Origin: Thermoplasmata archaeon
GTDB taxonomy: Archaea; Thermoplasmatota; Thermoplasmata; Lutacidiplasmatales; UBA184
Assembly: GCA_035945215.1 (NCBI GenBank)
Contig: DASZAJ010000002.1
Location: 133,057-197,056 of the forward strand
DNA: 64,000 bases
Direction: 5' to 3'
Part shown: positions 7,817 through 16,590 of the stretch, one piece after another
Numbering within the stretch: the stretch's first letter is position 1
How the letters are laid out: each line of letters opens with the position of its first letter
Notes under the pieces: model-generated
Database searches by the model: none
What the model saw: only the letters and a program-made list of their open reading frames with translations
Told to the model about the DNA's origin: nothing
Position numbers and translations under genes: made by a program

Positions 7817-8086
7817 CTACCGTGAGCGCTGAGGCGAATCTGGAGTCTGGAGCTCATTGAGGAGCTCCTCAGAGGAGAATTCTCGAGGCGGCTCCAAGAG
7901 TGCCTCGCTCCATGTCCTTCTTGGGTCGGCCCGCTTGCTGGACCAAGCAATCACCAAGACTCCCCCGACCCCGGTCGCAATCGTGAGCACCGCAAACAGG
8001 GTAACGTCGGACGATAGTACGAGGAAGAGGATTGGCCATAGGCCGATCAGGCCCAAGACAAAAAACGAGACGCGATCGGCGGCCAC
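7817..8086 (-). CDS. Small membrane protein (2 TM), hypothetical
   Basis: Hydrophobic helices 'FFVLGLIGLWPILFLVL' and 'LFAVLTIATGVGGVLVIAW'. Confidence 0.3.
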   Translation of the reverse strand: MAADRVSFFVLGLIGLWPILFLVLSSDVTLFAVLTIATGVGGVLVIAWSSKRADPRRTWSEALLEPPREFSSEELLNELQTPDSPQRSR

Positions 8087-8456
8087 GTGGGCGAGACGGA
8101 CCGCAAACGGTTGAACCTTGCTCCAGCGAGGCGATGGGATTCGAGGACAGTTCTTTCAATCCTTAGGAGAAAGGTCCCCGAAGGCTGATGCTGGGCTCGG
8201 CTATGCTTCAGGGTCGGAATGTGGCGGGAACGAATATGTCCAAGAACAGCACGCCAAACCGCGTTTACAGGGCCATAGGGCGAAAAAGCACGACTGACGC
8301 GGCTCGGTTGGGGTGGGGGTCGCAATCAAGGGCCTACTCGTCCGGAGGCCCATCGGGCTTCCGAGGTATTTGCAAGAAGGAGTAGTGCAAGGGAGGGTCC
8401 CCGGTCTCAAGCGTTGGGGCCATTTGTGTTGGCTCTTGGTTCGGCCAAAATGGGAG

Positions 8457-9491
8457 TTAGCGGGCTGGTTCAAAGAGGCGGTCGTACCGATGGGCGACCG
8501 GGACCCGAGTTCCAGCCCATGGCCACCGAACCACCGCGATGCCCTTCAGGTAACGCTGTATCGTCAACGCCACGTCGGCCGCGGGGCGTACCCGATGAGC
8601 TCCGGGCCCGGCCGACAATGTCGCAAGAAGGACCTCCTGGTCGTCGGTGACGAATAGGAACGGGCCGACCCCGCACTCTCCGACCATGGCCCGGAACAAT
8701 TCCTGCGGGCGGTGTGGTGGAATCAGGCTCCCGTGGACCACGGCTGCCCAGCCGGGGAAACCCTGCACTGAAGCCGCGAGTGCGGTCGGGTCGAGGAACG
8801 ACCGAAATGTCATCCACCCTCGTCGAAAGTATCGATCCTCGGTGCGTAGCCACGGGAACCCCCGCTCCCTCGACGGCGGCCCAGAACGTTCCGTCCGATC
8901 GACGGCGGAGCAGACGATGCGTTCGATAGTTTTCCGATGGGATAGCGAGGGCCCCCGTGCCCCCGCCGGGTCGGAGTGCGGAAGTCCTCCCCCGAAGGGG
9001 TGAGGGTAGCCGAGCAGCCCCGAGAGTCCGGCGAATCGGACCCACGCCGCCTCAAAGTCGAAGAACGCCGGGACCGAACGAGCTTCACTGGCTACTTGGA
9101 GCTGGTAACTGACTCGGCTCATGTCGTCCGCGTTGAGGACGTTGGCGAGTTCCCGGGAATGCGATCTCCGGGATGCAAAGAACCCCAGCACCGCTTCTTC
9201 GGAGGCGTAGAGGTGAAGACACTCCGGTCGGGCGGCCCATGCGTCGACCAGCTCCTGGGCTCGGTCGACGAGCGGCGAGGCGACCGCGATCGTCCACCGG
9301 TCGTAACCGAAGAAGGCGGGCTCGGGAAGGAAGCGATCTTGGACCCATCCGCGGTCGAACGCCCGGCGGCGAATGCTTTGCAGAGTGCGGCGAGGGATTG
9401 AAGCTTCGCCGGCCGGCCAGCTAGCGGGCGGACGGTCCCGAGCGATGAGAACTCGGACCACCCTCGCTTCGGACGGACTCAGCACTCTCAC
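8457..9491 (-). CDS. Hypothetical protein, paralogue of 43928..44938 (possible wHTH N-terminus)
   Basis: Shared blocks with the second copy: 'IRRRAFDRGWVQDRFLPEP' / 'ARRRVYAQGWLRDLLVPNP'; 'ARPECLHLYAS' / 'DDPECVLLWAG'; 'DFEAAWVRFAGL' / 'DYSGLWARFGG'. Confidence 0.5.
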   Translation of the reverse strand: MRVLSPSEARVVRVLIARDRPPASWPAGEASIPRRTLQSIRRRAFDRGWVQDRFLPEPAFFGYDRWTIAVASPLVDRAQELVDAWAARPECLHLYASEEAVLGFFASRRSHSRELANVLNADDMSRVSYQLQVASEARSVPAFFDFEAAWVRFAGLSGLLGYPHPFGGGLPHSDPAGARGPSLSHRKTIERIVCSAVDRTERSGPPSRERGFPWLRTEDRYFRRGWMTFRSFLDPTALAASVQGFPGWAAVVHGSLIPPHRPQELFRAMVGECGVGPFLFVTDDQEVLLATLSAGPGAHRVRPAADVALTIQRYLKGIAVVRWPWAGTRVPVAHRYDRLFEPAR

Positions 9492-9569
9492 GATTTGGGT
9501 GGAGGACCCGGACGGCCTTGGAGGTTCTCTCTTTCGGTAATTACCTCCATTTCCACCGCCTCGGCCGGC

Positions 9570-11429
9570 TTAGGCGAGGTCATCGAGCGGATCTTCGGCC
9601 GGCGAGGCGGCGGAAGGAACACCGGGGGCGGGCAGACCCACCTCCTCGGACGGGGAGGCGCCGAAGGCCAGATCGGTCACGCGGTACGGGTTTTCCTCGT
9701 CCGATCCCGTCGAGGCTGCCTCGCGCCCCCGACGGATCCACATCACAATGGCCGCCGCAAGCCCGAGAATCACTACGAGTCCGATGCCGATGGCAGAGCC
9801 GTAGGTCGTGGAGAACGCGGGGCCATTGGGGGTCCCAGAATGGACCACGAGAGTCACCTCGGCCGAACTGGCGGCCCCGGAGGCGTCGCGAACCTGCACC
9901 ACCAGCCTCGAGGTGCCGACGGAGACTGGGATACAGCTCCATGACGCCCGATCCGCCGCCGTGCAGCCCGCCGGTACGCCCGAGTAGATGTATGTCAGCG
10001 GTCCCGTCCCTCCGGAGGTCGTCACCGAAAACGTGGCCCGTTGGCCAAGCGTAATGTCAGCCGGGCTTACCTGGAACAGGAGAATCCTCAGCGAGCTTGC
10101 GTTCGCCGTGTTGTTGTTCGAGAAGGCGATCTTGACCAGGACACTCCCGCCGGCCACCGTGACTTTTCCTCCGGAAGGCGTTGCGTTGTAAACGGTAGAT
10201 GAGGAGGTCACCGCCGGGATCGAGAACTTGTAGGTACCGTTCGGCTCGCCGACAATCAGGTCCGACTCGGTCGTCGCGGTGGCCGTGCCGTTCACGGTCA
10301 CCGTCCAGTTTGCGGATGGTGGGAGTCCAGTCTCGTTGAACACGACGGCGTACTGCCAGGGATTGGTATGTCGGAATGAGATCATCGTGTTGACCGACGC
10401 TCCGGCGATGGTGACGGAGCCGGTGGCCGGGGTCTCGGTGAACCCGATCATGGGCTCGATCGTAAACCCGTAGGTTCCATTCGGAACCCAGGTTACAATT
10501 GGCGGGGAGCCCCCCAACAGGGTGCATGGGTTCCCTGGCGTCAAGTTGGTCACGCATGCGGAAAAGCTGGAACCAGCCGGTAATCCCGTCTCGTTGAAGG
10601 TAAGCATGTACTCCTGGCCCGAGAAGGTGAGCGACACGTTCGCCCCGGTTCCGTTGATCACGACGGTCCCGTTCGATGGGGTCGCTCGGTACATGGAAGA
10701 TCCGTTGCGGCCATACCCTGGCCCGAGATAGAACGCATATGTACCGTTGGAAACAAGATAGGTCTGGTTCGAGGAATTGGAGGCGGTCGATATCCCCAAC
10801 ATGGTGACGTACCAGAAATCTCCAGCGGGCAGCCCCGACTCCTGAAATCTCAACGGATACACCGGTGCCGGTTGGAAGACGATCTGGACGGTCTGGTTGG
10901 CCCCTGCGACGGTGACCGTGCCCGAGGCGGGGCTCGGCAGATACCCCGACACCGGGATGATCTCGAACGAATAGGTTCCATTGGACATAGAGAAGGCAAT
11001 CGCGGACCCGAATCCCCGGGTGTAATCGCCTCCGAACTGGACCGCCCAGCTCGAGAATCCCTTCCCGCCGGGACGGGTGGTCTCATTGAAAAAAACGAGG
11101 TAGGACGACCCGGCGGGGGATACGGCATCCGGGAGGGCATGCTTGGCGCCGAGATATAGCGCCAGCGCTGTCGACGAGGGGTGGATACCCCGGAATGGGA
11201 GCTTCGCGAAGGAGGGACCTCCGGACGCGCCTGAAACGGGAAGCGACAGGACGCCCACGCCGAGGATTGCTATCGCCATGAGGAACGCCCCCGCCGCGGT
11301 GAGAAACGCCGCCCTCCCAGCTCGATACGAGGAGCCCGCTACCGGGACGGATCGAGGAGCCCGCGACCCAGTCCTCGGCAAGTCGAGTCCAAATTTGGAA
11401 CCCGGTTCGACCTTCATGGCCCTTCTCAA
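9570..11429 (-). CDS. Secreted cell-surface protein with repeated beta-sandwich ('TGLPxG...NGTYxY') modules and a C-terminal TM anchor
   Basis: An N-terminal signal/TM is followed by at least four repeats: 'FQESGLPAGDFWYV...SNGTYAFYL', 'FNETGLPAGSSFSACV...NGTYGFTI', 'FNETGLPPSANWTVTVNG...PNGTYKFSI'. The C-terminus has hydrophobic 'IGIGLVVILGLAAAIVMWIRR' and an acidic tail. Many NxT/S sequons. Confidence 0.7.
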   Translation of the reverse strand: MRRAMKVEPGSKFGLDLPRTGSRAPRSVPVAGSSYRAGRAAFLTAAGAFLMAIAILGVGVLSLPVSGASGGPSFAKLPFRGIHPSSTALALYLGAKHALPDAVSPAGSSYLVFFNETTRPGGKGFSSWAVQFGGDYTRGFGSAIAFSMSNGTYSFEIIPVSGYLPSPASGTVTVAGANQTVQIVFQPAPVYPLRFQESGLPAGDFWYVTMLGISTASNSSNQTYLVSNGTYAFYLGPGYGRNGSSMYRATPSNGTVVINGTGANVSLTFSGQEYMLTFNETGLPAGSSFSACVTNLTPGNPCTLLGGSPPIVTWVPNGTYGFTIEPMIGFTETPATGSVTIAGASVNTMISFRHTNPWQYAVVFNETGLPPSANWTVTVNGTATATTESDLIVGEPNGTYKFSIPAVTSSSTVYNATPSGGKVTVAGGSVLVKIAFSNNNTANASSLRILLFQVSPADITLGQRATFSVTTSGGTGPLTYIYSGVPAGCTAADRASWSCIPVSVGTSRLVVQVRDASGAASSAEVTLVVHSGTPNGPAFSTTYGSAIGIGLVVILGLAAAIVMWIRRGREAASTGSDEENPYRVTDLAFGASPSEEVGLPAPGVPSAASPAEDPLDDLA

Positions 11430-11578
11430 GGAGGGAGTCTACATAATTGACCGGCGCAAGAATCGGCTGGACTTCCTGCGTGAGTGCCGTAGCTAGAGCG
11501 ACGTCCCCCAGGATTCGACTGATCTGCGCGAGGATCCCAGCGATTGCTTCGACGTCGCGGATCGACCCAGACCGTGGC

Positions 11579-12235
11579 TCAATCCGCGGGGCCGGTGGCC
11601 CGTCGCTTGAGTGGGGGGTGCGGCATGTGAACCCGATGGATGCACTCCGGGGCACCCCTCGAAATCGTTGGCCCGATCTCCACCTTTGTCGCCCCCACGA
11701 GCGAACCGGCGAGGACAGTGTGGAATACGTCACAAATCAGCTCAGGATATCTTTCCGCCACCTGGAGTACCGGGCAGTTGCGGCTGACCAGGATCTTGGT
11801 GCCGTTTTCACTTCGGAGCTCGGGTTGGAACCCAAGGTCCTCCAGAAGAGGAAGAGTGGCGTTGATCGACTTGGGTCCGCCGGCGTCCCGAGCCAGAAGT
11901 CGGGCCCCTTCGGCGAACGCCTCGCGTCCGCCGTCCTCCGAACTCTTCGCACTCAGAACTCGGGTGATCGTTTCGAGGACGAGATCGTACTTGGCGTAGA
12001 GAGTTTCTCGTCCTTCCCGAGTCGGAGAGTACAATAGGCGCGGGCGCCCCCGGCCCGTGCGTTCCGATCTTGTCTGGACGAGTCCCGCCGCGACGAGCTG
12101 CTCCATGTGACGTCGAACCACCGTCAGGTGGAACCCGGTGGCTTCGGTCAAGTCCGCCGCGGAGAGCGGAGCATTCAATATCCGACGAAGGAAGTCGAGC
12201 TTGGTCTTAGGGAGTAGGGGGGAGACTCGACTCAT
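11579..12235 (-). CDS. Winged-helix (ArsR/TrmB-like) transcriptional regulator with a C-terminal domain of unknown function
   Basis: The N-terminal HTH is 'LLPKTKLDFLRRILNAPLSAADLTEATGFHLTVVRRHMEQLVAAGLV'. Confidence 0.5.
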   Translation of the reverse strand: MSRVSPLLPKTKLDFLRRILNAPLSAADLTEATGFHLTVVRRHMEQLVAAGLVQTRSERTGRGRPRLLYSPTREGRETLYAKYDLVLETITRVLSAKSSEDGGREAFAEGARLLARDAGGPKSINATLPLLEDLGFQPELRSENGTKILVSRNCPVLQVAERYPELICDVFHTVLAGSLVGATKVEIGPTISRGAPECIHRVHMPHPPLKRRATGPAD

Positions 12236-12455
12236 GGACTCTCCTCGGAGCGCACGAACCCCCTCTTATTGATGCCGAGGGGAGGACTTCGATTCACCCG
12301 AGTCTGCACGTTCGGTCGGTGGAACCTCTCAGCGCTCTCCACGCACCGGGCGACGTTCACTCCGACCCGACCGGCAAATGACCCTCTCCCAATCGACGGC
12401 GTGTGGATACGTTTCAAGCGCTTCAATTAACATCATTTACAGCAATAATAGACAT

Positions 12456-12463
12456 TTTAATAC
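12456..12463 (+). promoter_or_regulatory. Archaeal TATA-box-like element ('TTTTAATA') about 21 nt upstream of ATG 12484, implying a leaderless transcript
   Basis: It sits in the only AT-rich stretch (12400-12480) in an otherwise roughly 68% GC region. Confidence 0.4.
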
Positions 12464-12483
12464 CATGGCGCACTGCCCGTATC

Positions 12484-13029
12484 ATGGACTCCCCGAGCGT
12501 CTCCCTAAAATCTGGGATGAGGAAACTGTGGGCCGACCACGTCATCTGGACCCGCCAATACATCGTGGCGGCGGTCGCCGGCTCCGCCGATGCGGACGCG
12601 GCCGCCACTCGATTGCTGAAGAACCAGGATGACATCGGTCACGCGATCGTGCCGTTCTATGGCGATGGGGCGGGCAAGGCTCTGACCGCGCTTCTCAAGC
12701 AGCACATCATGATCGCGGTCGACCTCGTCGCCGCGGCCAAATTGGGGGATACCCCGAAGTTCAAGGACGCCGACGCCCGCTGGAGTGCCAATGTTGTCGA
12801 GATCGCCGGCCTTCTCAGTGGGGCGAACCCGGCGTGGCCCAAGAAGGACGTGCTCGACCTGCTCAACCTTCACCTGAAGCTGACCAAGGACGAAGCCGTC
12901 GCGAGGCTCGGGAAGCAATGGGCCGCGGACGTGCAGGCGTTCGACGACATCTTCGTGGAGATCAACACGGTCGCGGACACTCTGACGGCCGGGATCATCG
13001 CCCAGTTCCCGGCCAAGTTCCCGATGTAG
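12484..13029 (+). CDS. Hypothetical cytoplasmic alpha-helical protein
   Basis: The ORF has good coding composition. The start is either ATG 12484 or ATG 12517 ('MRKLWADHVIWTRQYI'). I recognise no family. Confidence 0.5.
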   Translation: MDSPSVSLKSGMRKLWADHVIWTRQYIVAAVAGSADADAAATRLLKNQDDIGHAIVPFYGDGAGKALTALLKQHIMIAVDLVAAAKLGDTPKFKDADARWSANVVEIAGLLSGANPAWPKKDVLDLLNLHLKLTKDEAVARLGKQWAADVQAFDDIFVEINTVADTLTAGIIAQFPAKFPM

Positions 13030-13072
13030 GTCGATTGCCCGGGAAGAGGGAGAGTCGGGGGTCGAAGGGCCG

Positions 13073-13681
13073 ATGACCGAGGGTACCACCGCTGGGGCGG
13101 CCGTCCGGGTCGATTCCCAGCCCCTCTCGGTCCTTTCGAGGTCCCCCCCGCCGACCTCCCTCGCGCTGGGCGATCGCGCCGTCGAATTCTCCGCGCTTGA
13201 GGGTGTCGACGGTGTTCGGTACTCTCTCGAACAGTTCCGTGATGCGGCGGTCGTCGTCCTGATGTTCACGGGCAATGCATGTCCCGCGGCCAAGGGATGC
13301 ATGGCGCAGGTAGTCGCATTCCAGGAGGCCTTCGGGACCCGCGGGGTGAAAGTCGTCGGGATCGACTCGAACAACCCGTACCTCTCGCCCGAGGATACGA
13401 TGGAGGGGATGGTTCGGACGGCGGCGACGTATCGATTGAACTTCCCCTTCCTGAAGGATCCGGAAGGCAGGGTGGCGCGCCAGTTTGGGGCGGTGAACAC
13501 CCCACATTTCCTTGTCCTGGACCAGGAGCGTCGCCTCCGGTACCGGGGACGAATGTTCGATTCTCGTGAGCCCGAGCGGGCAACCACCCATGACCTCCAC
13601 GACGCGGTGGTCAGCCTCCTTGAAGGACGGCCGGTCGCCTTGCCGGAAACGAAGCCTTTGGGCTGCAGCATCGTCTGGTAA
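13073..13681 (+). CDS. Thioredoxin-fold redoxin/peroxiredoxin (AhpC-TSA) family protein
   Basis: 'VVLMFTGNACPAAKGC...VKVVGIDSNNP...NFPFLKDPEGRVARQFG...TPHFLVLDQ' has the redoxin topology with a CxxxxxC motif. Confidence 0.6.
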   Translation: MTEGTTAGAAVRVDSQPLSVLSRSPPPTSLALGDRAVEFSALEGVDGVRYSLEQFRDAAVVVLMFTGNACPAAKGCMAQVVAFQEAFGTRGVKVVGIDSNNPYLSPEDTMEGMVRTAATYRLNFPFLKDPEGRVARQFGAVNTPHFLVLDQERRLRYRGRMFDSREPERATTHDLHDAVVSLLEGRPVALPETKPLGCSIVW

Positions 13682-13704
13682 CGATTCCGCGAAGGAGACC
13701 CATC

Positions 13705-14517
13705 GTGTGGTCCCTGTACCTCTTCGCGGGCCTCACCGGCGCGTCCGCCTACGTCGGAATCCGGTTGGCGAGCGCGCAGTGGTTGTCGGCCCGAGGGCGG
13801 GCTTGGCTCGCATCGGCGGCGCTCGGCATCCTGTTGTTCGTCATCTACGACATTTTCAGGGACGCTCAGGGGCTGATCTCGGGGAGTGCGGCGCAGGAGT
13901 ACGGCGCTCTGCTCGGTGAGGCCATCTTCGGTGGGGGATTGTCGGCGGCGCTCGGGGCGTTGTTCTGGGCGGAGCGAGTCGTCACGGTCCCAAGGCGGCG
14001 GATGCAGTCACCTCTGCGCCCGGTCCGGTCCGCCCTCGGACTTTCATCGGGGACCAGTTCGGTCCAACTCCCCGTTGTGGTCGCCGCGGGAATCGGGGCC
14101 CACGGCCTATTCGAGGGGTTCGCCGTCGGGACCGCCTTCGAGACGGGCGTCCTTTCGCTCGCCATGGTCCTCGTGGTCGGAATCTGCCTGCACAAGGTCG
14201 GGGAGGGAGCGTGTATCTGCGGATGCTCGATGGCCTCCTCCGGCCGCTACTCCTCCGTTCAACTCGCCGGCCTGGGAGTGCTCGCGGGCGCACCGATCAC
14301 CTTGGGGATCCTGACGGGAAACTTGGTCGCGTCTACGACGTGGATCTCCATCATGTCATTCGGCGCGGCGATCGGGGTAATGGCGTTCGTTGGGATCCAA
14401 CTCGCCCGCAGGGCACTGTTGGAGCGCCAGCCTATGGTCCCGAGATTGGGCGGGGTTGCCATCGGACTCCTTGTCGCGGTGGCAACGAGCTTGCTCATTG
14501 GATTGGGCCTGGGCTGA
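13705..14517 (+). CDS. ZIP-family (ZupT-like) divalent metal transporter, polytopic membrane protein
   Basis: Eight hydrophobic segments. 'GIGAHGLFEGFAVGTAF' and 'GICLHKVGEGACI' resemble the ZIP HNxxEGxAxG signature helices. Confidence 0.5.
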   Translation: MWSLYLFAGLTGASAYVGIRLASAQWLSARGRAWLASAALGILLFVIYDIFRDAQGLISGSAAQEYGALLGEAIFGGGLSAALGALFWAERVVTVPRRRMQSPLRPVRSALGLSSGTSSVQLPVVVAAGIGAHGLFEGFAVGTAFETGVLSLAMVLVVGICLHKVGEGACICGCSMASSGRYSSVQLAGLGVLAGAPITLGILTGNLVASTTWISIMSFGAAIGVMAFVGIQLARRALLERQPMVPRLGGVAIGLLVAVATSLLIGLGLG

Positions 14518-14952
14518 CCCGCCGACGATACGGTCGGGCACGGCGTAGGCGGGTCGCAGACGGCGGCGAAATCAAGATCCTCCGACTGACCAGAGGCGGG
14601 GGCCTCCCTGGTCGGAGGAGGAAGCGAGCCATGCGAACGGCGTCCGCCCCTTGGGCCGAGTGCGCCGAATGAATCGCGGAAGCCGGTGGTCAGCGCTCGT
14701 CCGGCCGGGACAGTAGGCGGATCTCCACCGGTTCGGGTACGGCCTGGAGTTCAATCGCCTAGCACGTTCCGCTCAGCTTGGTCGTCCCATCATCTTGAGC
14801 CCTCCCCTTCATGGTCGGTCCAATAACCGATGGGCGCACGCGTCCGAGAATCGCGATCCGGCCTTTCAGATGGGACCCCCCCTCGAGATCCCTTGCTACC
14901 GACTTCGCAAGGCCCCGCAAATGCCCAAACCTAGCGCGCCTTTTCGCCCGGT

Positions 14953-14980
14953 CGAATTCATAAATACATGATTCATGAAT
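14953..14980 (+). promoter_or_regulatory. AT-rich promoter/operator with perfect palindrome ATTCATGAAT (14970-14979) upstream of vapB
   Basis: 'GAATTCATAAATACATGATTCATGAATC' lies 8-35 nt upstream of ATG 14988. It is the only AT-rich segment in the neighbourhood. Confidence 0.45.
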
Positions 14981-14987
14981 CCTGATA

Positions 14988-15236
14988 ATGACCGTCATCC
15001 AGACTCGTCTCCGCGAGCTTGAGTACGACTTGCTTCGCAGGAGAGCGCGGGCGGAGCACCGCCCGATACAGGACATCGTGAGGGAGGCCATTCGAGCCCA
15101 TGTTCTGAACGATTCGGTGGTCCGGGGCGACCCGATCTTCCGTGAATTGGCGCCTCGAGGAACTCGTCGTGGGCGAGATCGCAGCTCCGAACAGGTCGAC
15201 GCCCTCCTTTACCCATCCAGCCGATTATCTTCGTAG
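14988..15236 (+). CDS. VapB-like ribbon-helix-helix (CopG/RHH) antitoxin
   Basis: 'MTVIQTRLRELEYDLLRRRARAEHRPIQDIVREAIRAHV' is a typical RHH N-terminus. Its stop overlaps the vapC N-terminus. Confidence 0.6.
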   Translation: MTVIQTRLRELEYDLLRRRARAEHRPIQDIVREAIRAHVLNDSVVRGDPIFRELAPRGTRRGRDRSSEQVDALLYPSSRLSS

Positions 15237-15640
15237 ACACCTCGGCCTGGTTCGTCCTGCTCGCGGAAGGGGACGCCCATCGACCTGAGGCCGAGGTATT
15301 CTTCTCGGAGATCGGGAAGGGTCCCTTCGGTGCCCCACTCACGACCGACTTCGTACTGGAAGAGGCATTCACTCTCTTGCGATTGCGATGGGGGATCGAT
15401 CCAGTTCGCCGTCTTGCGGGCCTACTTCGACGGAGTCCTACGGTCCGCAGGGTTTCGATCAACGACTCGAAGGTCGAGGCGGCCCTTGAGCTCATGCTTT
15501 CGCACGCGGACAAGCGTTGGAGTTTCACCGATTGTTCAAGCTTCGTCACCATGCGGGAGGTGGGCTTGAATCGTGCATTCACGCTCGATCACAACTTCGC
15601 CGAAGCCGGTTTCGAAGTGCTCCCGAAAACCTGGGCGTGA
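15224..15640 (+). CDS. VapC-like PIN-domain toxin (no canonical start codon; see findings)
   Basis: The frame reads 'IIFVDTSAWFVLLAEGDAH...TTDFVLEEAFTLL...FTDCSSFVTMREV...TLDHNF', with the four PIN acidic positions in DTS/E/D/D order. The track shows only the C-terminal 15377..15640 because there is no ATG, GTG or TTG between the upstream stop (15143-15145) and M at 15377. Confidence 0.6.
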   Translation: MIFVDTSAWFVLLAEGDAHRPEAEVFFSEIGKGPFGAPLTTDFVLEEAFTLLRLRWGIDPVRRLAGLLRRSPTVRRVSINDSKVEAALELMLSHADKRWSFTDCSSFVTMREVGLNRAFTLDHNFAEAGFEVLPKTWA

Positions 15641-15747
15641 TCCAGGTATTCTTCGGTTGCCTGCCGGCTTGGGTCACTCGACCCATTCCCAGGGCATGAC
15701 CACCCCTTGACCCGATTCATCAACAATGCGCCCAAGAACGCTTCGAC

Positions 15748-16332
15748 CTACTTTTTCGATCTCGGCGGGGGTGCGTACCGGCGGCTCCACTCGTCGGAGA
15801 GCTCATCGCGCCGAGGTCGGTAGACCTCCTCGTAGAACCTCCGTTGGGACTCGAGCGTCACCCGATCGAATTCCGCGACGATCCCCACCGCCTCCTCCCA
15901 CGCGGCCCGGAAGTTCTCCTTTGGCCCGAACCTAGCTCCAACGGCTCGTTCGAACTCCTGCGCGGTCTGGATCTTGTCGCCGATGGTGAACGTGGTTTCG
16001 TGTGTGTCGGGGGCCCGGATCGCCTCTTCGTCGCCGAGTCGGAATAAGTTGGGGACCAGCTCTCGCTCCGGTGAGAGGGACGGTTCGCCGGTCTTCGGAG
16101 CGCGACGTTGGAATCCCCGTTTGGCCGCCGCATAGAAGATGGCGCGATTCAGACCCCAGGAGTACGCAGAATCCGTGGAGAGACCGAGCGAATGGGCGCG
16201 GGCCGCCTGGAGAACGGCCATGACCACGAATCGCGTCACCCGCCCTTGGTTACGCACCATGGATGGCTCCGGCTCTTCTGGGGACGATGAAGGATGGATC
16301 GTGGGCGAGAATAGGTTTCCCGCCTCGAACAC
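15748..16332 (-). CDS. Hypothetical protein
   Basis: An ORF with a balanced, non-repetitive composition ('...FTIGDKIQTAQEFERAVGARFGPKENFRAAWEEAVGIVAEFDRVTLESQRRFYEEVYRP...'). No family recognised. Confidence 0.4.
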   Translation of the reverse strand: MFEAGNLFSPTIHPSSSPEEPEPSMVRNQGRVTRFVVMAVLQAARAHSLGLSTDSAYSWGLNRAIFYAAAKRGFQRRAPKTGEPSLSPERELVPNLFRLGDEEAIRAPDTHETTFTIGDKIQTAQEFERAVGARFGPKENFRAAWEEAVGIVAEFDRVTLESQRRFYEEVYRPRRDELSDEWSRRYAPPPRSKK

Positions 16333-16590
16333 CTCGACTGCGGGCCAGGGGTCCTCGTGCCGAACGCTGGGGTCTCCAACGGGGCCGCGCGCTGCCCGCG
16401 CGCGTCACCGGGCCGGCGGAACCTTATAGAGCCCGTCGGTCCCTGTGCGGGAGCCTTGCTGGGCCCGTCGTTCCGCCTGAACCGGACCTCATCACTACCT
16501 GCGCGCTTCTCTCGCGGGAACCCGATCAACACTGAGAGACCACCAGCGATTCCATCGGGCGGGCCACACCGACGTCGCCCTTTCGGAGGG

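Noticed and set aside
14759-15091. 110-aa minus-strand ORF overlapping the vapB promoter and start
   Set aside because: It is Arg/Ser-rich and unstructured, and it overlaps a well-supported RHH antitoxin gene and its palindromic operator.
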